NCBI GenBank assembly: GCA_963665775.2
Contig: CAXXTF010000002.1
Span: 576,001-640,000, forward strand
Reading direction: 5' to 3'
Source of the DNA: Dehalococcoidia bacterium
GTDB lineage: Bacteria; Chloroflexota; Dehalococcoidia; SM23-28-2; RBG-16-64-32
DNA: 64,000 bases
Under the pieces are notes generated by a model that saw nothing but the letters and a program-made list of their open reading frames with translations, did not search any database and had not been told where the DNA came from. The position numbers and the translations under genes are program-made. Below, in pieces: positions 9,152-19,799 of this stretch; the stretch's first letter is position 1, and each line of letters opens with the position of its first letter.

Positions 9152-10432
9152 TCACCCCACCCTCGCCTCCTGGGCGGGGGCGGCGATGTCCCTGCGGTAT
9201 TGGCAGCGGCTGAAGTGGATATACCGAACGTTGCGATAGGCCTTCGTCCGCGCCTCCGCCAGGGTGGGGCCCGTGGCCACGACGGTGAGGACACGGCCGC
9301 CCGCGGTGACCACGCTGCCGTCGTCGGTAGGGGCCGTGCCAGCGTGGAAAACGAGGGCGTCGGGCTCCACGGAGCCGAGGCCGGAGATGGGGAGTCCGGT
9401 CGGATAGTCGTCCGGGTAGCCGCCGGAAGCGAGGACGACCCCGACGCAGGCTTCGTCGGACCACTCGACCGACAGTTCGTGGAGGCGATTGTTGGCCACG
9501 GCCCAGCAGATCTCCAGCAGGTCGGACTTCAGGCGGGGAATCAGGACCTGGGCTTCGGGGTCGCCGAACCGGCAGTTGAACTCGATGACCTTCGGGCCCT
9601 CCGCCGTGACCATAAGGCCGGGGTAGAGGACGCCTCGATAGGGGCGATCCTCCTCCATCAGGGCACGCACGGTGGCGGCCGTGACCTGCTCATCGACCCA
9701 GCGGGCCGTCTCCTCTTCCAGCCAGGGCGGCGGGCTGTAGGCGCCCATGCCGCCGGTGTTCGGGCCCTCGTCGTCGTCCAGGGCGCGCTTGTAGTCGCAG
9801 GAGAAGGGCATAGGGACCACCGTGACGCCGTCCGTGAAGGCGTGGGCGGTGAGCTCGCGGCCGGAGAGCCGCTCCTCGATGACGACGGTGCGGCCGGAGT
9901 TCCCGAAGATCGCCTCGTCGCCCATCATGAGGTCGATAGCGCGCAGCGCCTCCTCCTGGGAATCGCAGACGAAGACGCCCTTGCCGGCAGCCAGGCCGTC
10001 GGCCTTAACCACGGGCGGTTCCGAGAGGCCCAGGATGTGGTTCCGGGCGTCGGTGCGGTTGTCGAAGGTGGCGGAGGTGGCGGTCGGGATGCCGTGGCGC
10101 CGCATCAGCTCCTTGGCGAACCCCTTGGACGACTCGATGTGGGCGGCGGCCCCTGACGGCCCGAAGACGGCGATGCCGCGCACGGCCAGCCGGTCGACGA
10201 GGCCGTCGGCCAGGGGCTGCTCCGGCCCGACGATGACCAGCTCCACACGCTGTTCGGCGGCGGTGCCGACCAGGCCATCGAGGTCGGTGGCCTTTATCGC
10301 TAGGTTTTGGGCTATCGAGGCCGTCCCCGCGTTGCCGGGGGCGACGAACAGGTCGGTCAGCCGGGGCGACTGGCGCAGCTTCCAGGCCAGGGCGTGCTCG
10401 CGGGCGCCGGAGCCGACGAGGAGGACGTTCAT
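9152..10432 (-). CDS. purD: Phosphoribosylamine--glycine ligase
   Basis: 'GSGAREHALAW', 'KADGLAAGKGV', 'GPNTGGMGAYSP', 'EFNCRFGDPE'. Confidence 0.98.
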   Translation of the reverse strand: MNVLLVGSGAREHALAWKLRQSPRLTDLFVAPGNAGTASIAQNLAIKATDLDGLVGTAAEQRVELVIVGPEQPLADGLVDRLAVRGIAVFGPSGAAAHIESSKGFAKELMRRHGIPTATSATFDNRTDARNHILGLSEPPVVKADGLAAGKGVFVCDSQEEALRAIDLMMGDEAIFGNSGRTVVIEERLSGRELTAHAFTDGVTVVPMPFSCDYKRALDDDEGPNTGGMGAYSPPPWLEEETARWVDEQVTAATVRALMEEDRPYRGVLYPGLMVTAEGPKVIEFNCRFGDPEAQVLIPRLKSDLLEICWAVANNRLHELSVEWSDEACVGVVLASGGYPDDYPTGLPISGLGSVEPDALVFHAGTAPTDDGSVVTAGGRVLTVVATGPTLAEARTKAYRNVRYIHFSRCQYRRDIAAPAQEARVG

Positions 10433-10546
10433 AGTGCGCGGGCTGGCAGGCTCACTTCACCCCCACGAATACACGCTGGCGGCGGCGCCGTCAAGGGGCG
10501 GGCAGGACGGGGGGTAGGGAGGGGAGGTGAATGTGGAGGGGAGTGG

Positions 10547-10774
10547 TCATCGTCTCATTAGCTCTCGGAACTCGTCGACAGTGAGGCCAGCCTGGCGAAT
10601 GAGGGCACGGAGGGCACCGGGCTTAAGCTCGCGATGGTCGGGGACGGAAAGCGTCTCCAAGGAATCTGGCTTGGTCATTATAATGTGGCTACCGCGCTGG
10701 CGTCTCACTTGGAAGCCTGCTCGTTCGAAGGTAGTGACGGCTCGCCTTCCGGAGACGTGAGGGAGCCGGGGCAT
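10547..10774 (-). CDS. hicA: HicA family toxin
   Basis: 'MPRLPHVSGRRAV...RQRGSHIIM...SVPDHRELKPGALRALIRQAGL'; ATG overlaps the hicB TGA. Confidence 0.9.
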   Translation of the reverse strand: MPRLPHVSGRRAVTTFERAGFQVRRQRGSHIIMTKPDSLETLSVPDHRELKPGALRALIRQAGLTVDEFRELMRR

Positions 10775-11070
10775 CAGACGGCGACCTCGGCCTCCACTTC
10801 CACGATGCGGGTCTCGATGGTGAGGGGCAGGCCCTCTTCGGCGCGGTCTTTCAAGCAGGCCTTGATCTCTTCGGCGACAATTTCCGGCGTCTCTTTCGGG
10901 GCCGGCAGCCCTTCCTCTTTGCCCACTTCGAGGCACAGGAGGATCGCCTCGCGGATGTTGCTTAGGGCCTCGTCTAGCGAGTCGCCCTGGCTCACGCAGC
11001 CGGGGATGGCGGGGCAGACGACGGAGTAGCCGCCGTCCGCTTCGGGGGAGAGGATAACCGTGAACTTCAT
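10774..11070 (-). CDS. hicB: HicB family antitoxin
   Basis: 'MKFTVILSPEADGGYSVVCPAIPGCVSQGDSLDEALSNIREAI'. Confidence 0.9.
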   Translation of the reverse strand: MKFTVILSPEADGGYSVVCPAIPGCVSQGDSLDEALSNIREAILLCLEVGKEEGLPAPKETPEIVAEEIKACLKDRAEEGLPLTIETRIVEVEAEVAV

Positions 11071-11234
11071 GGCTGGTCTATGATAGCACGCGCTGGATGC
11101 CAAACATGCACCGTGTAGAAAAAATATATCGCCAGCAGCACTAGAAGCGCCGCCGCAAATACACATATGAGGCTCCTACGGTCAGGTCACGTAACAACTT
11201 GACTGTGTTCATCGTGACCTCCCCCTTGTTTTTT

Positions 11235-11705
11235 CTACCCATGTTCCAAAAGCCAGTGGGCATGAAGGCGGAACCTCAAAGATTCCGCGCGGAGATAGGC
11301 GGCATCATTGGATATGGCACTAAAGTGCTGTTTCACAAGCTCGTCGGTCTTTTTGTATAGACCAATCGCGTGGACTAGCGGATCTCCAAGATGTGGCATA
11401 ACACCTGCATAGTGGTCGAGGCGGTTCGCTGCAACCAATAAAGCAAGTCCCGTACTTGACGCAACGTCCTGAGTTATCTCAACAGAGACAGCTAACCATA
11501 CGCTTTGAGATAGACCCACAAACGGACTGGAAATTGTATTGAGAACTGTCTCTAAATCGGATTTCCAATCAGCCCTATTGGCATCTACTTGAATTCCATA
11601 GTTGGGCTGGATATTCGTGTCAATTTCATCGATCACCAGTCGTACTGCCACTTGAATTGTATCGACGTCTTCTGGTGTGAGCATCCACTTGCGCTTTGAA
11701 GCCAT
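11235..11705 (-). CDS. Hypothetical protein (AT-rich, immediately downstream of guaA)
   Basis: 156-aa ORF with atypical composition; no recognisable motif. Confidence 0.55.
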   Translation of the reverse strand: MASKRKWMLTPEDVDTIQVAVRLVIDEIDTNIQPNYGIQVDANRADWKSDLETVLNTISSPFVGLSQSVWLAVSVEITQDVASSTGLALLVAANRLDHYAGVMPHLGDPLVHAIGLYKKTDELVKQHFSAISNDAAYLRAESLRFRLHAHWLLEHG

Positions 11706-11714
11706 CTGCCACCC

Positions 11715-13385
11715 TCACTCCCACTCGATCGTGCCGGGTGGCTTCGACGTGATGTCGTACACCACCCGGTTCACCGTCGGCACCTCGTTCACGATGCGAC
11801 TGGAGATGCGGGCCAGCAGGTCGTAGGGCAGCCGCGCCCAGTCGGCGGTCATCGCGTCCTCCGCCGTGACGGCGCGCAGCGCCACCACGTGGCCGTACGT
11901 GCGCAGGTCGCCCATCACGCCCACGGAGCGGCTGTCCGTCAGGACGGCGAACGATTGCCACAGATCGCGATACAGCGCCGCCTTCTTCACCTCGTCCATC
12001 ACCACCCAGTCGCAGCCCCGCAGGATCTCCAGCTTGTCGCGCGTCACCTCGCCGATTATGCGGATGGCCAGGCCGGGCCCAGGGAAGGGCTGCCGAAGGA
12101 TCATCTCTTCGGGCAGGCCCAGGACCAGGCCCGCCTGTCGCACCTCGTCCTTGAACAGGTAGCGCAGGGGCTCGATCAGGGTGAACGTCATCTCCTTGGG
12201 CAGGCCACCCACATTGTGGTGAGTCTTGATCTTGGCGGCGGCGCTATGGCCCACGGCGGACTCAATAACGTCCGGGTAGGTCGTCCCCTGGGCGATGAAG
12301 TCCACGCGGCCCAGTTTGTCCGCCTCCTCCTCAAAGACGCGGATGAACGTCTCGCCGACGATCCGCCGCTTCTCCTCCGGGTCGGTGACGCCGGCCAGGC
12401 GCTCCAGAAAGCGGTCGCTGGCGTCCACGTACATGAAGTTCATCTTGATGTGGCGGCGGAAGGTATCCTGGACCCGTTCCGCCTCCTCGCGGCGAAGCAG
12501 GCCGTTGTTGACGAAGATACAGATGAGCTGGTCGCCCACGGCCCGGTGGACGAGGGCGGCGGTGACGGCGGAATCGACGCCGCCGGAGAGCGCGCAGATG
12601 ACGCGGCCCTCCCCCACCTGCTGTCGAACCGCGTGGATGGAATCGGCGATGAAGCCGCCGGGGGTCCAGTCGCCGCGGCAGCCGCAGAGGCGGTAGAGGA
12701 AGTTCTCAAGTAGCGATTTACCCTGCGGGGTGTGCACGACCTCCGGATGGAACTGGAGGCCGATGAGGCCGCGGTCGTTGCCCATCACGGCGATGGGCGA
12801 GCTATCGGAGTGAGCGAGGGCACGGAAGCCGGGCGGCAGCTCGTCTACGCGATCGCCGTGGGACATCCATACAGGCATGGAGGGCGGCAGGCCGTGGAAG
12901 ATGCCGGTGTCGTCGCCCTGATAGATGACGGCGTGGCCGTACTCACGACTCGCGGAAGGGGCGACGACACCGCCGAGCTGGTGGGCCAGGAGCTGCATGC
13001 CGTAGCAGATGCCGAGCACGGGCAGGCCGGAATCGAAGACGTACATGGGGGCCAGAAGCGCCCCTTCGTCGTATACGGAAGAGGGGCCGCCGGAGAGGAT
13101 GAAGCCGAGGGGGTTCAGCTTGCGGACCTGCTCCCACGGCGCGTCGAAGGGGACGACCTCGCAGTATACGCGACACTCGCGGACTCGGCGGGCGATGAGC
13201 ATGCTATACTGTGAGCCGAAATCGAGGATGACGACGGTCTGGGGTTGGGCAGGAGCGGAGGGTTCGCCGCTGCGGGGCTCCTCGCCTTCCCGCTGGCGGG
13301 CGATTTCCAGGTAAGTGGAGACCTCCAGGTCATCGGAGGTGGGGACTCTGTGAGTGGTGTCCGGGGCGTTCTCGGTTTCGCTCAC
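11715..13385 (-). CDS. guaA: GMP synthase (glutamine-hydrolysing)
   Basis: 'ILDFGSQY', 'GICYGMQ', 'QFHPEV', 'LSGGVDS', C-terminal '[13 protein letters not shown]'. Confidence 0.98.
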   Translation of the reverse strand: MSETENAPDTTHRVPTSDDLEVSTYLEIARQREGEEPRSGEPSAPAQPQTVVILDFGSQYSMLIARRVRECRVYCEVVPFDAPWEQVRKLNPLGFILSGGPSSVYDEGALLAPMYVFDSGLPVLGICYGMQLLAHQLGGVVAPSASREYGHAVIYQGDDTGIFHGLPPSMPVWMSHGDRVDELPPGFRALAHSDSSPIAVMGNDRGLIGLQFHPEVVHTPQGKSLLENFLYRLCGCRGDWTPGGFIADSIHAVRQQVGEGRVICALSGGVDSAVTAALVHRAVGDQLICIFVNNGLLRREEAERVQDTFRRHIKMNFMYVDASDRFLERLAGVTDPEEKRRIVGETFIRVFEEEADKLGRVDFIAQGTTYPDVIESAVGHSAAAKIKTHHNVGGLPKEMTFTLIEPLRYLFKDEVRQAGLVLGLPEEMILRQPFPGPGLAIRIIGEVTRDKLEILRGCDWVVMDEVKKAALYRDLWQSFAVLTDSRSVGVMGDLRTYGHVVALRAVTAEDAMTADWARLPYDLLARISSRIVNEVPTVNRVVYDITSKPPGTIEWE

Positions 13386-13411
13386 GGGGGCTGCGCGCCC
13401 TCCTTTTTCGT

Positions 13412-13440
13412 ATCATACCAGTCGGGCAGTTCCGGGTCAA
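13412..13440 (-). promoter_or_regulatory. Sigma70-type promoter of guaA
   Basis: Minus strand TTGACC-N17-TATGAT, followed by an AAGGAGG SD. Confidence 0.7.
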
Positions 13441-13595
13441 GGAACGCTGATGAAGAGCGTAGATGGGTTAGCAAAAACGACATCGATAGCGGTCTTCGAC
13501 CGAGACGGCGTTAGCGCTATGAATAGGGTACTCGATCCGGCTTTCAACTCTGGAACCCGCCTGTCGCCGGTCAGGCGGTCCCCTTTGATCACACG

Positions 13596-14225
13596 ATGGC
13601 GAAGATAACCTTCGCCACAGCGGGGAGAGGCGTGGAGGAGGCGGTACGGCTACTCCGACAGGGAGAGCTGGTCTGCTACCCGACAGACACCGTCTACGGC
13701 CTCGCCGCCGCGGCGGGAAACGCTGAGGCGGTAAGGAAAGTGTTCGCCGCCAAGGAACGATCCCCTGACAAGGCGATGCCGCTGCTTATCGCGGCTGCCG
13801 AGGACGCGCCCCGTCTGGCGGAGGTGACCCCGAGAGCCCGCGCTCTGATGGATCGCTTCTGGCCCGGCGCCCTGACTATCGTGATGCGAGTGGCGAAAGG
13901 GTACAGCAGCGTGGCCCTCGCCCAGCAGGGAACGGTGGCGCTACGAGTCCCAGACCACGCCGTGATCCAGGAGATCATTCGGGCCCTGGGCGAGCCCATC
14001 ACCGGCACCAGCGCCAACCGGGCAGGCGCGCCCCCACCGTTGTCCGCAGCCGAGACAGCGCTGCAGATGGGAGAGGCGGTATCCCTGGTTGTGGACGGGG
14101 GTCCCTGCCCCCGTGGCCGGGAGTCGACCGTGATCGACATAACAGGCGACGCGCCGCGCCTCCTGCGGGACGGAGCGGTGAGCCGGGAGGAGATCGAGAA
14201 GGCGCTGGGGCAGCAGGTGGAATGA
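13596..14225 (+). CDS. tsaC: L-threonylcarbamoyladenylate synthase (Sua5/TsaC)
   Basis: 'PTDTVYGL', 'KER', 'FWPGALTIV', 'TSAN'. Confidence 0.93.
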   Translation: MAKITFATAGRGVEEAVRLLRQGELVCYPTDTVYGLAAAAGNAEAVRKVFAAKERSPDKAMPLLIAAAEDAPRLAEVTPRARALMDRFWPGALTIVMRVAKGYSSVALAQQGTVALRVPDHAVIQEIIRALGEPITGTSANRAGAPPPLSAAETALQMGEAVSLVVDGGPCPRGRESTVIDITGDAPRLLRDGAVSREEIEKALGQQVE

Positions 14226-14297
14226 GGCAGTCTCGGTCGGACGTGCCGACGCTGGCAGAGGTGCCAGCACTGGCCGGGCGAGCCAAGGGGGCAGGCT

Positions 14298-16700
14298 ATG
14301 GGGATGGGTAGGGTGGCGCGGACGCTGGCGCTGGGCCTCGCGGTGGCCTTGGCGGCCACGGCTGCGGCATATCTGCTGCGGCGTCCGCTGCCGCGGGTCA
14401 AGGGCCGTCTGACCCTAAGGGGGTTGGAGTCTTCGGTAGAGATCCTGAGAGATCGCTGGGGGGTGCCGCATATCTACGCCTCGAACCTGCGGGACGTCTT
14501 CTTTGGCGTTGGCTATGCTCAAGCCCAGGATCGGCTATGGCAGATGGAGTTCAACCGGCGTCTCGCCTCGGGAACGCTTTCCGAGATTGCGGGCGAGCGG
14601 GGGCTGGAAGTGGATCGGTTGGTGCGGCGAATCGGCTTCCGGCGCATGGCGGAGCGGGAGTGGCAGGAGGCGGACGAGGAGGAGAGAGCGATTGCGGAGG
14701 CGTTCAGCGCCGGCGTGAACGCCTACCTGGATGTAGGTCGCCTGCCCCTGGAGTTCACGCTGCTGCGCCGTCGGCCCGCCCCGTGGAGTTCCATAGACGG
14801 CATCGCCTTCGGCCGGTTCATAAGCTGGACGCTGGCCGGCAACTGGGACACCGAGATACTGCGCTCGTGGACCATAGAGCGATTCGGCCCAGAGGTGACG
14901 GCCGATCTGGAGCCCGGCTACCCTTCAGACGGGCCGCTGATCGTGCCGCCGGGAACGGAGGCGAAGGGCGCCGGGCCGGATCTGGGTGACGACTTCCGGC
15001 GGGCGGCGGAGTTGATCGGCGCGGCGGGCCGGGAGATGAGCAACCATTGGGCCGTGGACGGCCAGAAGTCGGCCACGGGAAAACCCCTCCTGGCCAACGA
15101 CCCGCACCTCCCCCTGATGATCCCCTCCCTCTGGTGGGAGCTTCATCTGGACTGCCCGGAATTGAAGGCGGCTGGCGTCGCGCTGCCGGGGACGCCGGGG
15201 GTAATGATCGGCCACAACGACCGGATCGCCTCGGGCATAACGGCGGCTATCGTCGACGCGGACGACCTGTTCGTGGAGCGGGTCAACCCAGACAACCCAT
15301 CCCAGTACGAGCACCGCGGCGAGTGGGTCGACGGCGAGCTGATTCGGGAGGAGATCGAGGTGAGAGGCCGCGCCAAACCGGTAGTGGAGGAGGTGCTGAT
15401 CACCCGCCACGGGCCCGTGGTGAGCCCGGCGATCGGGGGGGAGACCAGAACGCTGGCCCTACGTACCGCGGCGCTGGAGCCGTCGCACCAGATGCGGGCC
15501 CAACTCTTGCTCATGAGAGCGGGCAACTGGGCCGAGTTCCGAGAGGCCTTACGGGGGTGGACGGTGCCCTCCCTGAACTTCGGCTACGCCGATGTGGACG
15601 GCAACATCGGCTACCAGCTGGCCGGTCTGGCACCCATCCGAGCCAAGGGCCATGGAATGGTGCCGGTTCCGGGTTGGACGGACGAGTACGACTGGACCGG
15701 GCATATCCCTTTCGAGGAGTTACCGTCCTCCTACAACCCACGGACACACTGGCTGGCCAGCGCCAACAATAAGATCGCCGATGACAGCTATCCCTACTTC
15801 CTGGGCGCCAGCTACGCCGACAGCGCCCGACAGGCGCGGATCATCGAGATGCTGGAGGCGAAGGGTAAGCTCTCGATGGATGACTTCCGGGCGATGCAGG
15901 CCGATCAGCTGTCGCTACCGGCCCGGGAGTTAGTCCCTCGCATTCTGGCGCTGACCCCCCGGGACGAGTGGTCGCGGCGGGCCCTCTCCTTCCTGCGGGC
16001 CTGGGACTACGTCGTCGCCCCGGAGAGCGTGGCGGCCTGCATCTTCGAGCTGTTCTTCAGCCACCTGGTACGGCGGGCCCTATCGGAGAAGTTGGGCTCC
16101 TGGTCGGACTACTATATGGGGAAAGGGATTCACCCCCTGCGCCCGGACAGCATGTTCTTCTACGCTACCTCTTCCTGGCTGACGAAGAAGATGCGGGAGC
16201 GGCCGGACTGGTTCGAGGGGAAGAGCTGGTCGGAAGCGATGGAGGATTCCCTCGCCTCCGCTACGATGGATCTACGCCGGCGGCTGGGGAACGAGGTCTC
16301 GCGCTGGCAGTGGGGGCGGCTTCACAGGCCCAGATTTCGGCATCCACTGGGACGGCTGCCCGGTCTGAGCCGGATATTCGACCGGGGGCCGATACCGATG
16401 GGAGGAGACGCCAACACCGTCTTCGCAACGGCGTATCCGCCCTACCACGGCTACGACCGGATCAGCTTCACGCCCTGCTGGCGCCAGATTATCGATCTGG
16501 CCGACTTCAACCGCAGCCTGGCCGTGCTGCCATCGGGGCAGTCTGGACACCCTGGCAGCCGCCACTACAGCGACATGATCGGTATGTGGCAGCGGCTGGA
16601 GTACCACCCGATGCCCTGGGACCGACAGGCGGTGGAACGGGCGGCGCGGGCACGGCTCGTTCTGGCGCTGGCAGTGAACGGCGAGGCCGAGAGGGCGTAA
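14298..16700 (+). CDS. Penicillin acylase family protein (peptidase S45)
   Basis: 'RDRWGVPHIYA', 'AQDRLWQME', beta-chain nucleophile 'SNHW', 'ANDPHL', 'GQSGHPGSRHYSD'. Confidence 0.93.
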   Translation: MGMGRVARTLALGLAVALAATAAAYLLRRPLPRVKGRLTLRGLESSVEILRDRWGVPHIYASNLRDVFFGVGYAQAQDRLWQMEFNRRLASGTLSEIAGERGLEVDRLVRRIGFRRMAEREWQEADEEERAIAEAFSAGVNAYLDVGRLPLEFTLLRRRPAPWSSIDGIAFGRFISWTLAGNWDTEILRSWTIERFGPEVTADLEPGYPSDGPLIVPPGTEAKGAGPDLGDDFRRAAELIGAAGREMSNHWAVDGQKSATGKPLLANDPHLPLMIPSLWWELHLDCPELKAAGVALPGTPGVMIGHNDRIASGITAAIVDADDLFVERVNPDNPSQYEHRGEWVDGELIREEIEVRGRAKPVVEEVLITRHGPVVSPAIGGETRTLALRTAALEPSHQMRAQLLLMRAGNWAEFREALRGWTVPSLNFGYADVDGNIGYQLAGLAPIRAKGHGMVPVPGWTDEYDWTGHIPFEELPSSYNPRTHWLASANNKIADDSYPYFLGASYADSARQARIIEMLEAKGKLSMDDFRAMQADQLSLPARELVPRILALTPRDEWSRRALSFLRAWDYVVAPESVAACIFELFFSHLVRRALSEKLGSWSDYYMGKGIHPLRPDSMFFYATSSWLTKKMRERPDWFEGKSWSEAMEDSLASATMDLRRRLGNEVSRWQWGRLHRPRFRHPLGRLPGLSRIFDRGPIPMGGDANTVFATAYPPYHGYDRISFTPCWRQIIDLADFNRSLAVLPSGQSGHPGSRHYSDMIGMWQRLEYHPMPWDRQAVERAARARLVLALAVNGEAERA

Positions 16701-16707
16701 GGGTCTT

Positions 16708-17247
16708 ATGACGCCGGACCTCAGGGCGGAACCCGTCGAGATAGCCGAATACGACCCGAACTGGCCCGACTTGTTCGAACGGGAGCGCGCCCTAATCGCC
16801 GGCGCGCTGGGCGGTCTCGTGGTCGCCGTCGAGCACGTGGGCAGCACGGCCGTGCCCGGGCTGGGTGCTAAGCCGGTCATCGACATCATGATCGGGGTGC
16901 GCACCCTCGCTGACGGTGAGAAGTGCGTCGGGCCGCTGGAGGGGCTGGGCTACGAGTACAAAGGCGAGCTTGGCATTCCGGGGAGGCTCTACTTCTACAG
17001 GCTCGCCAAGGGCTGGCGGAGTCACCAGCTCCACATGGTGGAGTACGGGAGCGACTTATGGGAGCGGCACCTCCTCTTCCGCGATTACCTGCGGGAACAC
17101 CCGCAGGAGGCGGTGGAGTACTATCGTCTGAAGGTGCGACTGGCGACAGAGTTCCGGATGAACCGTGAGGGGTATACGGAGGCCAAGACGGCGTTCATCG
17201 AGTCGGTGCTGGCGCAGGCAACTAAGATGACCGGAGGGACAGGATGA
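16708..17247 (+). CDS. GrpB family protein
   Basis: 'HVGSTAVPGLGAKPVIDI', 'FRDYLR', 'YTEAKT'. Confidence 0.9.
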   Translation: MTPDLRAEPVEIAEYDPNWPDLFERERALIAGALGGLVVAVEHVGSTAVPGLGAKPVIDIMIGVRTLADGEKCVGPLEGLGYEYKGELGIPGRLYFYRLAKGWRSHQLHMVEYGSDLWERHLLFRDYLREHPQEAVEYYRLKVRLATEFRMNREGYTEAKTAFIESVLAQATKMTGGTG

Positions 17248-18431
17248 ACAAGAAGACGATGCGCGATGTCGACGTTCGCGGCAAGCGAGTCCTGGTGCGG
17301 GTGGACTACAACGTCCCCCTGGAGCCGGAGAGCGGCCGCCTGCTGGACGACACACGGATCAGGGCCACGTTGCCCACCATAACGTATCTGCGGGAACAGG
17401 GCGCCAAGCTGATCCTCTGCTCCCACCTGGGGCGGCCCCAGGGCCGCGACCCAGCGCTGAGCCTTTGCCACGTGGCAAAGCGACTGTCGAACCTGATCGG
17501 GCAGCCGGTGAAGACGACGGGCTGCTGCCGCGGGCCGGATGTCCAGCAGGTGGCCCACGCCCTGGCGGCCGGCGAGGTGTTGCTGCTGGAGAACCTGCGC
17601 TTCCATCCTGAGGAGGAAGCGAACGACCCGGAGTACGCCGGGGCGCTGGCCAGCCTGGCCGAGGTGTATGTTAACGACGCCTTCGGCGCCGCGCACCGGG
17701 CCCACGCCTCGACGGTGGGCGTAGCGGCCTTCCTGCCGGCGGTGGCCGGCTCCCTGATGGAGAACGAGATCGACTTCCTGAGTCGGGCGGTCGTGAACCC
17801 GGAGCGCCCCTACGCCGCCATAATCGGAGGGGCCAAGATCAGCACTAAGATGGCGGTGCTGGAGGCCCTGTTGGAGCGCGTGGACAAGCTGCTCATCGGG
17901 GGTGGCATGGCGAACACCTTCCTGAAGGCCGAAGGGTTCGCGGTGGGCGAATCGCTGGTGGAGGATGGCTACCTGGAGCAGGCCCGACAGGTTATGGCCC
18001 ACGCGCAGGAGCGAGGCGTTAGGCTGCTTCTGCCCACGGATGTACTGGTGGCGGAACGGGTTGCCGAGGACTCGCCGGCGCAGCGAGTCTCCGTCCGCGA
18101 CGTGCCGGTGGGATGGCGAATCGTCGACGCGGGGGAGACAACGATCGACGTGTTCGGGCGGGCGTTGCAGGGGTGCCGCACGGTGGTCTGGAACGGCCCG
18201 ATGGGCGTCTTCGAGCTCGCCCCCTTCGCCCACGGGTCGCACCGGCTGGCGACGGCGATCGCCGGCCTCGAGGGGGCGACGACGATACTCGGCGGCGGCG
18301 AGACGGCGGCCGTCGTGGAGAAGGTGGGGATGACGAGCAAGTTCTCCCACGTTAGCACCGGCGGTGGCGCCGCCCTGGAGTTCCTGGAGGGGCGCGAGCT
18401 GCCGGGGGTAGCCGCCCTGCTGGACGCCTGA
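17244..18431 (+). CDS. pgk: Phosphoglycerate kinase
   Basis: 'RVDYNVP', 'SHLGRP', 'LLENLRF', 'STGGGA'. Confidence 0.98.
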   Translation: MNKKTMRDVDVRGKRVLVRVDYNVPLEPESGRLLDDTRIRATLPTITYLREQGAKLILCSHLGRPQGRDPALSLCHVAKRLSNLIGQPVKTTGCCRGPDVQQVAHALAAGEVLLLENLRFHPEEEANDPEYAGALASLAEVYVNDAFGAAHRAHASTVGVAAFLPAVAGSLMENEIDFLSRAVVNPERPYAAIIGGAKISTKMAVLEALLERVDKLLIGGGMANTFLKAEGFAVGESLVEDGYLEQARQVMAHAQERGVRLLLPTDVLVAERVAEDSPAQRVSVRDVPVGWRIVDAGETTIDVFGRALQGCRTVVWNGPMGVFELAPFAHGSHRLATAIAGLEGATTILGGGETAAVVEKVGMTSKFSHVSTGGGAALEFLEGRELPGVAALLDA

Positions 18432-18526
18432 GGCGCTTGCCGCATCGACAGCGAAATGTGGACAGCCAGCCGCCTTAGGGTCCTTCGCTAGCTTACGCGG
18501 CCCAAATCCCGCATAATCATCTCGCT

Positions 18527-19729
18527 ATGGAGCTTGACTTGGCCAGACAGCTCTCCACCGAGAACGGCACCAAGATCGTGCTGTTCGTCATGGACGGCCT
18601 GGGCGGGCTGCCGCACCCGGAGACCGGCCGCACGGAGCTGGAGAGCGCCCGCACTCCCAACCTGGACCGCCTGGCCAAGGAGAGCGCCTGCGGCTTCACG
18701 CTCCCCGTGGCGCCTGGCGTCACGCCGGGGAGCGGACCCGGCCACCTCGCGCTCTTCGGCTATGACCCCCTCCAGTACAATATCGGCCGCGGGGTGCTCG
18801 AGGCAACCGGAATCGATTTCGACCTGACGGCCGACGACGTGGCCGCCCGGGGCAACTTCTGCACCGTGGACGGCCGCGGTCTCCTCACCGACCGGCGGGC
18901 CGGCCGCCTCAGCACGGAGCGATCCTCCGCGCTGGTCGAACGGCTGCGCGCGATACCCCTTGACGGCGCCGAGCTGTTCGTAGAGCCGGTGCGCGAGCAC
19001 CGCTTCGTGCTGGTCCTGAGGGGGATCGGGCTGTCGGACGCGGTAGGGGAAACGGACCCCCAGAGGGAGGGCACGCCGCCACTGGCCGTTCGAGCCACGG
19101 CTCCAGCGGGCGAAGCGACAGCCCGGCTTGTGGCCCGGTTCGTGGAAGAGGCGAAGCGAATCCTGGCCGATGAGTCGCCCGCCAACATGCTCCTCCTGCG
19201 CGGCTTCGCCAAGCGACCGCACTGGCCCAGCATCGCCGAGGTGTTCAGGCTGAGGGCGGCGGCGGTGGCCTACTACCCCATGTATCGGGGTCTGGCCAGG
19301 CTCGTCGGGATGGAGGCGCTGCCGGCGGGAGAGGCGGTCGAGGAGTCCATCGCAACCATGCGGGAGAACTGGCACCGGTTCGACTACTTCTTCGTCCACT
19401 ATAAGTACACGGACACGGCGGGCGAGGACGGCGACTTCGAGCGGAAGGTGGCGAAGCTGGAGGAGGCGGACGCAGCGATCCCTGCCCTGCTGGCGACGGA
19501 GCCGGACGTGCTGATGGTGGCCGGCGACCACTCGACGCCGGCGATTATGGCCGCCCACTCCTGGCACCCCGTGCCGTTCCTGCTGCGGGCCAGATGGGCT
19601 CGCGCCGACGCCTGTGACGCCTTCAACGAGGTGGCCCTTCAGCGAGGGTCGCTGGGGACGTTTCCGGCGGTGGAGGCGCTGCCCCTGGCCATGGCCCACG
19701 CCGGCCGCCTCAAGAAGTACGGAGCGTAG
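18527..19729 (+). CDS. apgM: 2,3-BPG-independent phosphoglycerate mutase (archaeal-type)
   Basis: 'DGLGG', 'PGSGPGHLALFGYDP', 'DRRAGR', 'GDHSTP'. Confidence 0.93.
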   Translation: MELDLARQLSTENGTKIVLFVMDGLGGLPHPETGRTELESARTPNLDRLAKESACGFTLPVAPGVTPGSGPGHLALFGYDPLQYNIGRGVLEATGIDFDLTADDVAARGNFCTVDGRGLLTDRRAGRLSTERSSALVERLRAIPLDGAELFVEPVREHRFVLVLRGIGLSDAVGETDPQREGTPPLAVRATAPAGEATARLVARFVEEAKRILADESPANMLLLRGFAKRPHWPSIAEVFRLRAAAVAYYPMYRGLARLVGMEALPAGEAVEESIATMRENWHRFDYFFVHYKYTDTAGEDGDFERKVAKLEEADAAIPALLATEPDVLMVAGDHSTPAIMAAHSWHPVPFLLRARWARADACDAFNEVALQRGSLGTFPAVEALPLAMAHAGRLKKYGA

Positions 19730-19799
19730 AGATGATTAGCCACAGAAAGACGCAGATAAGCTCAGATGTGAACTCCGCTCATGGAGAGCCGTTCGAACC

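Noticed and set aside
13445-13480. CTGATGA hammerhead-like core (also at about 55532)
   Set aside because: No stem II followed by GAAA and no NUH cleavage triplet in the right geometry
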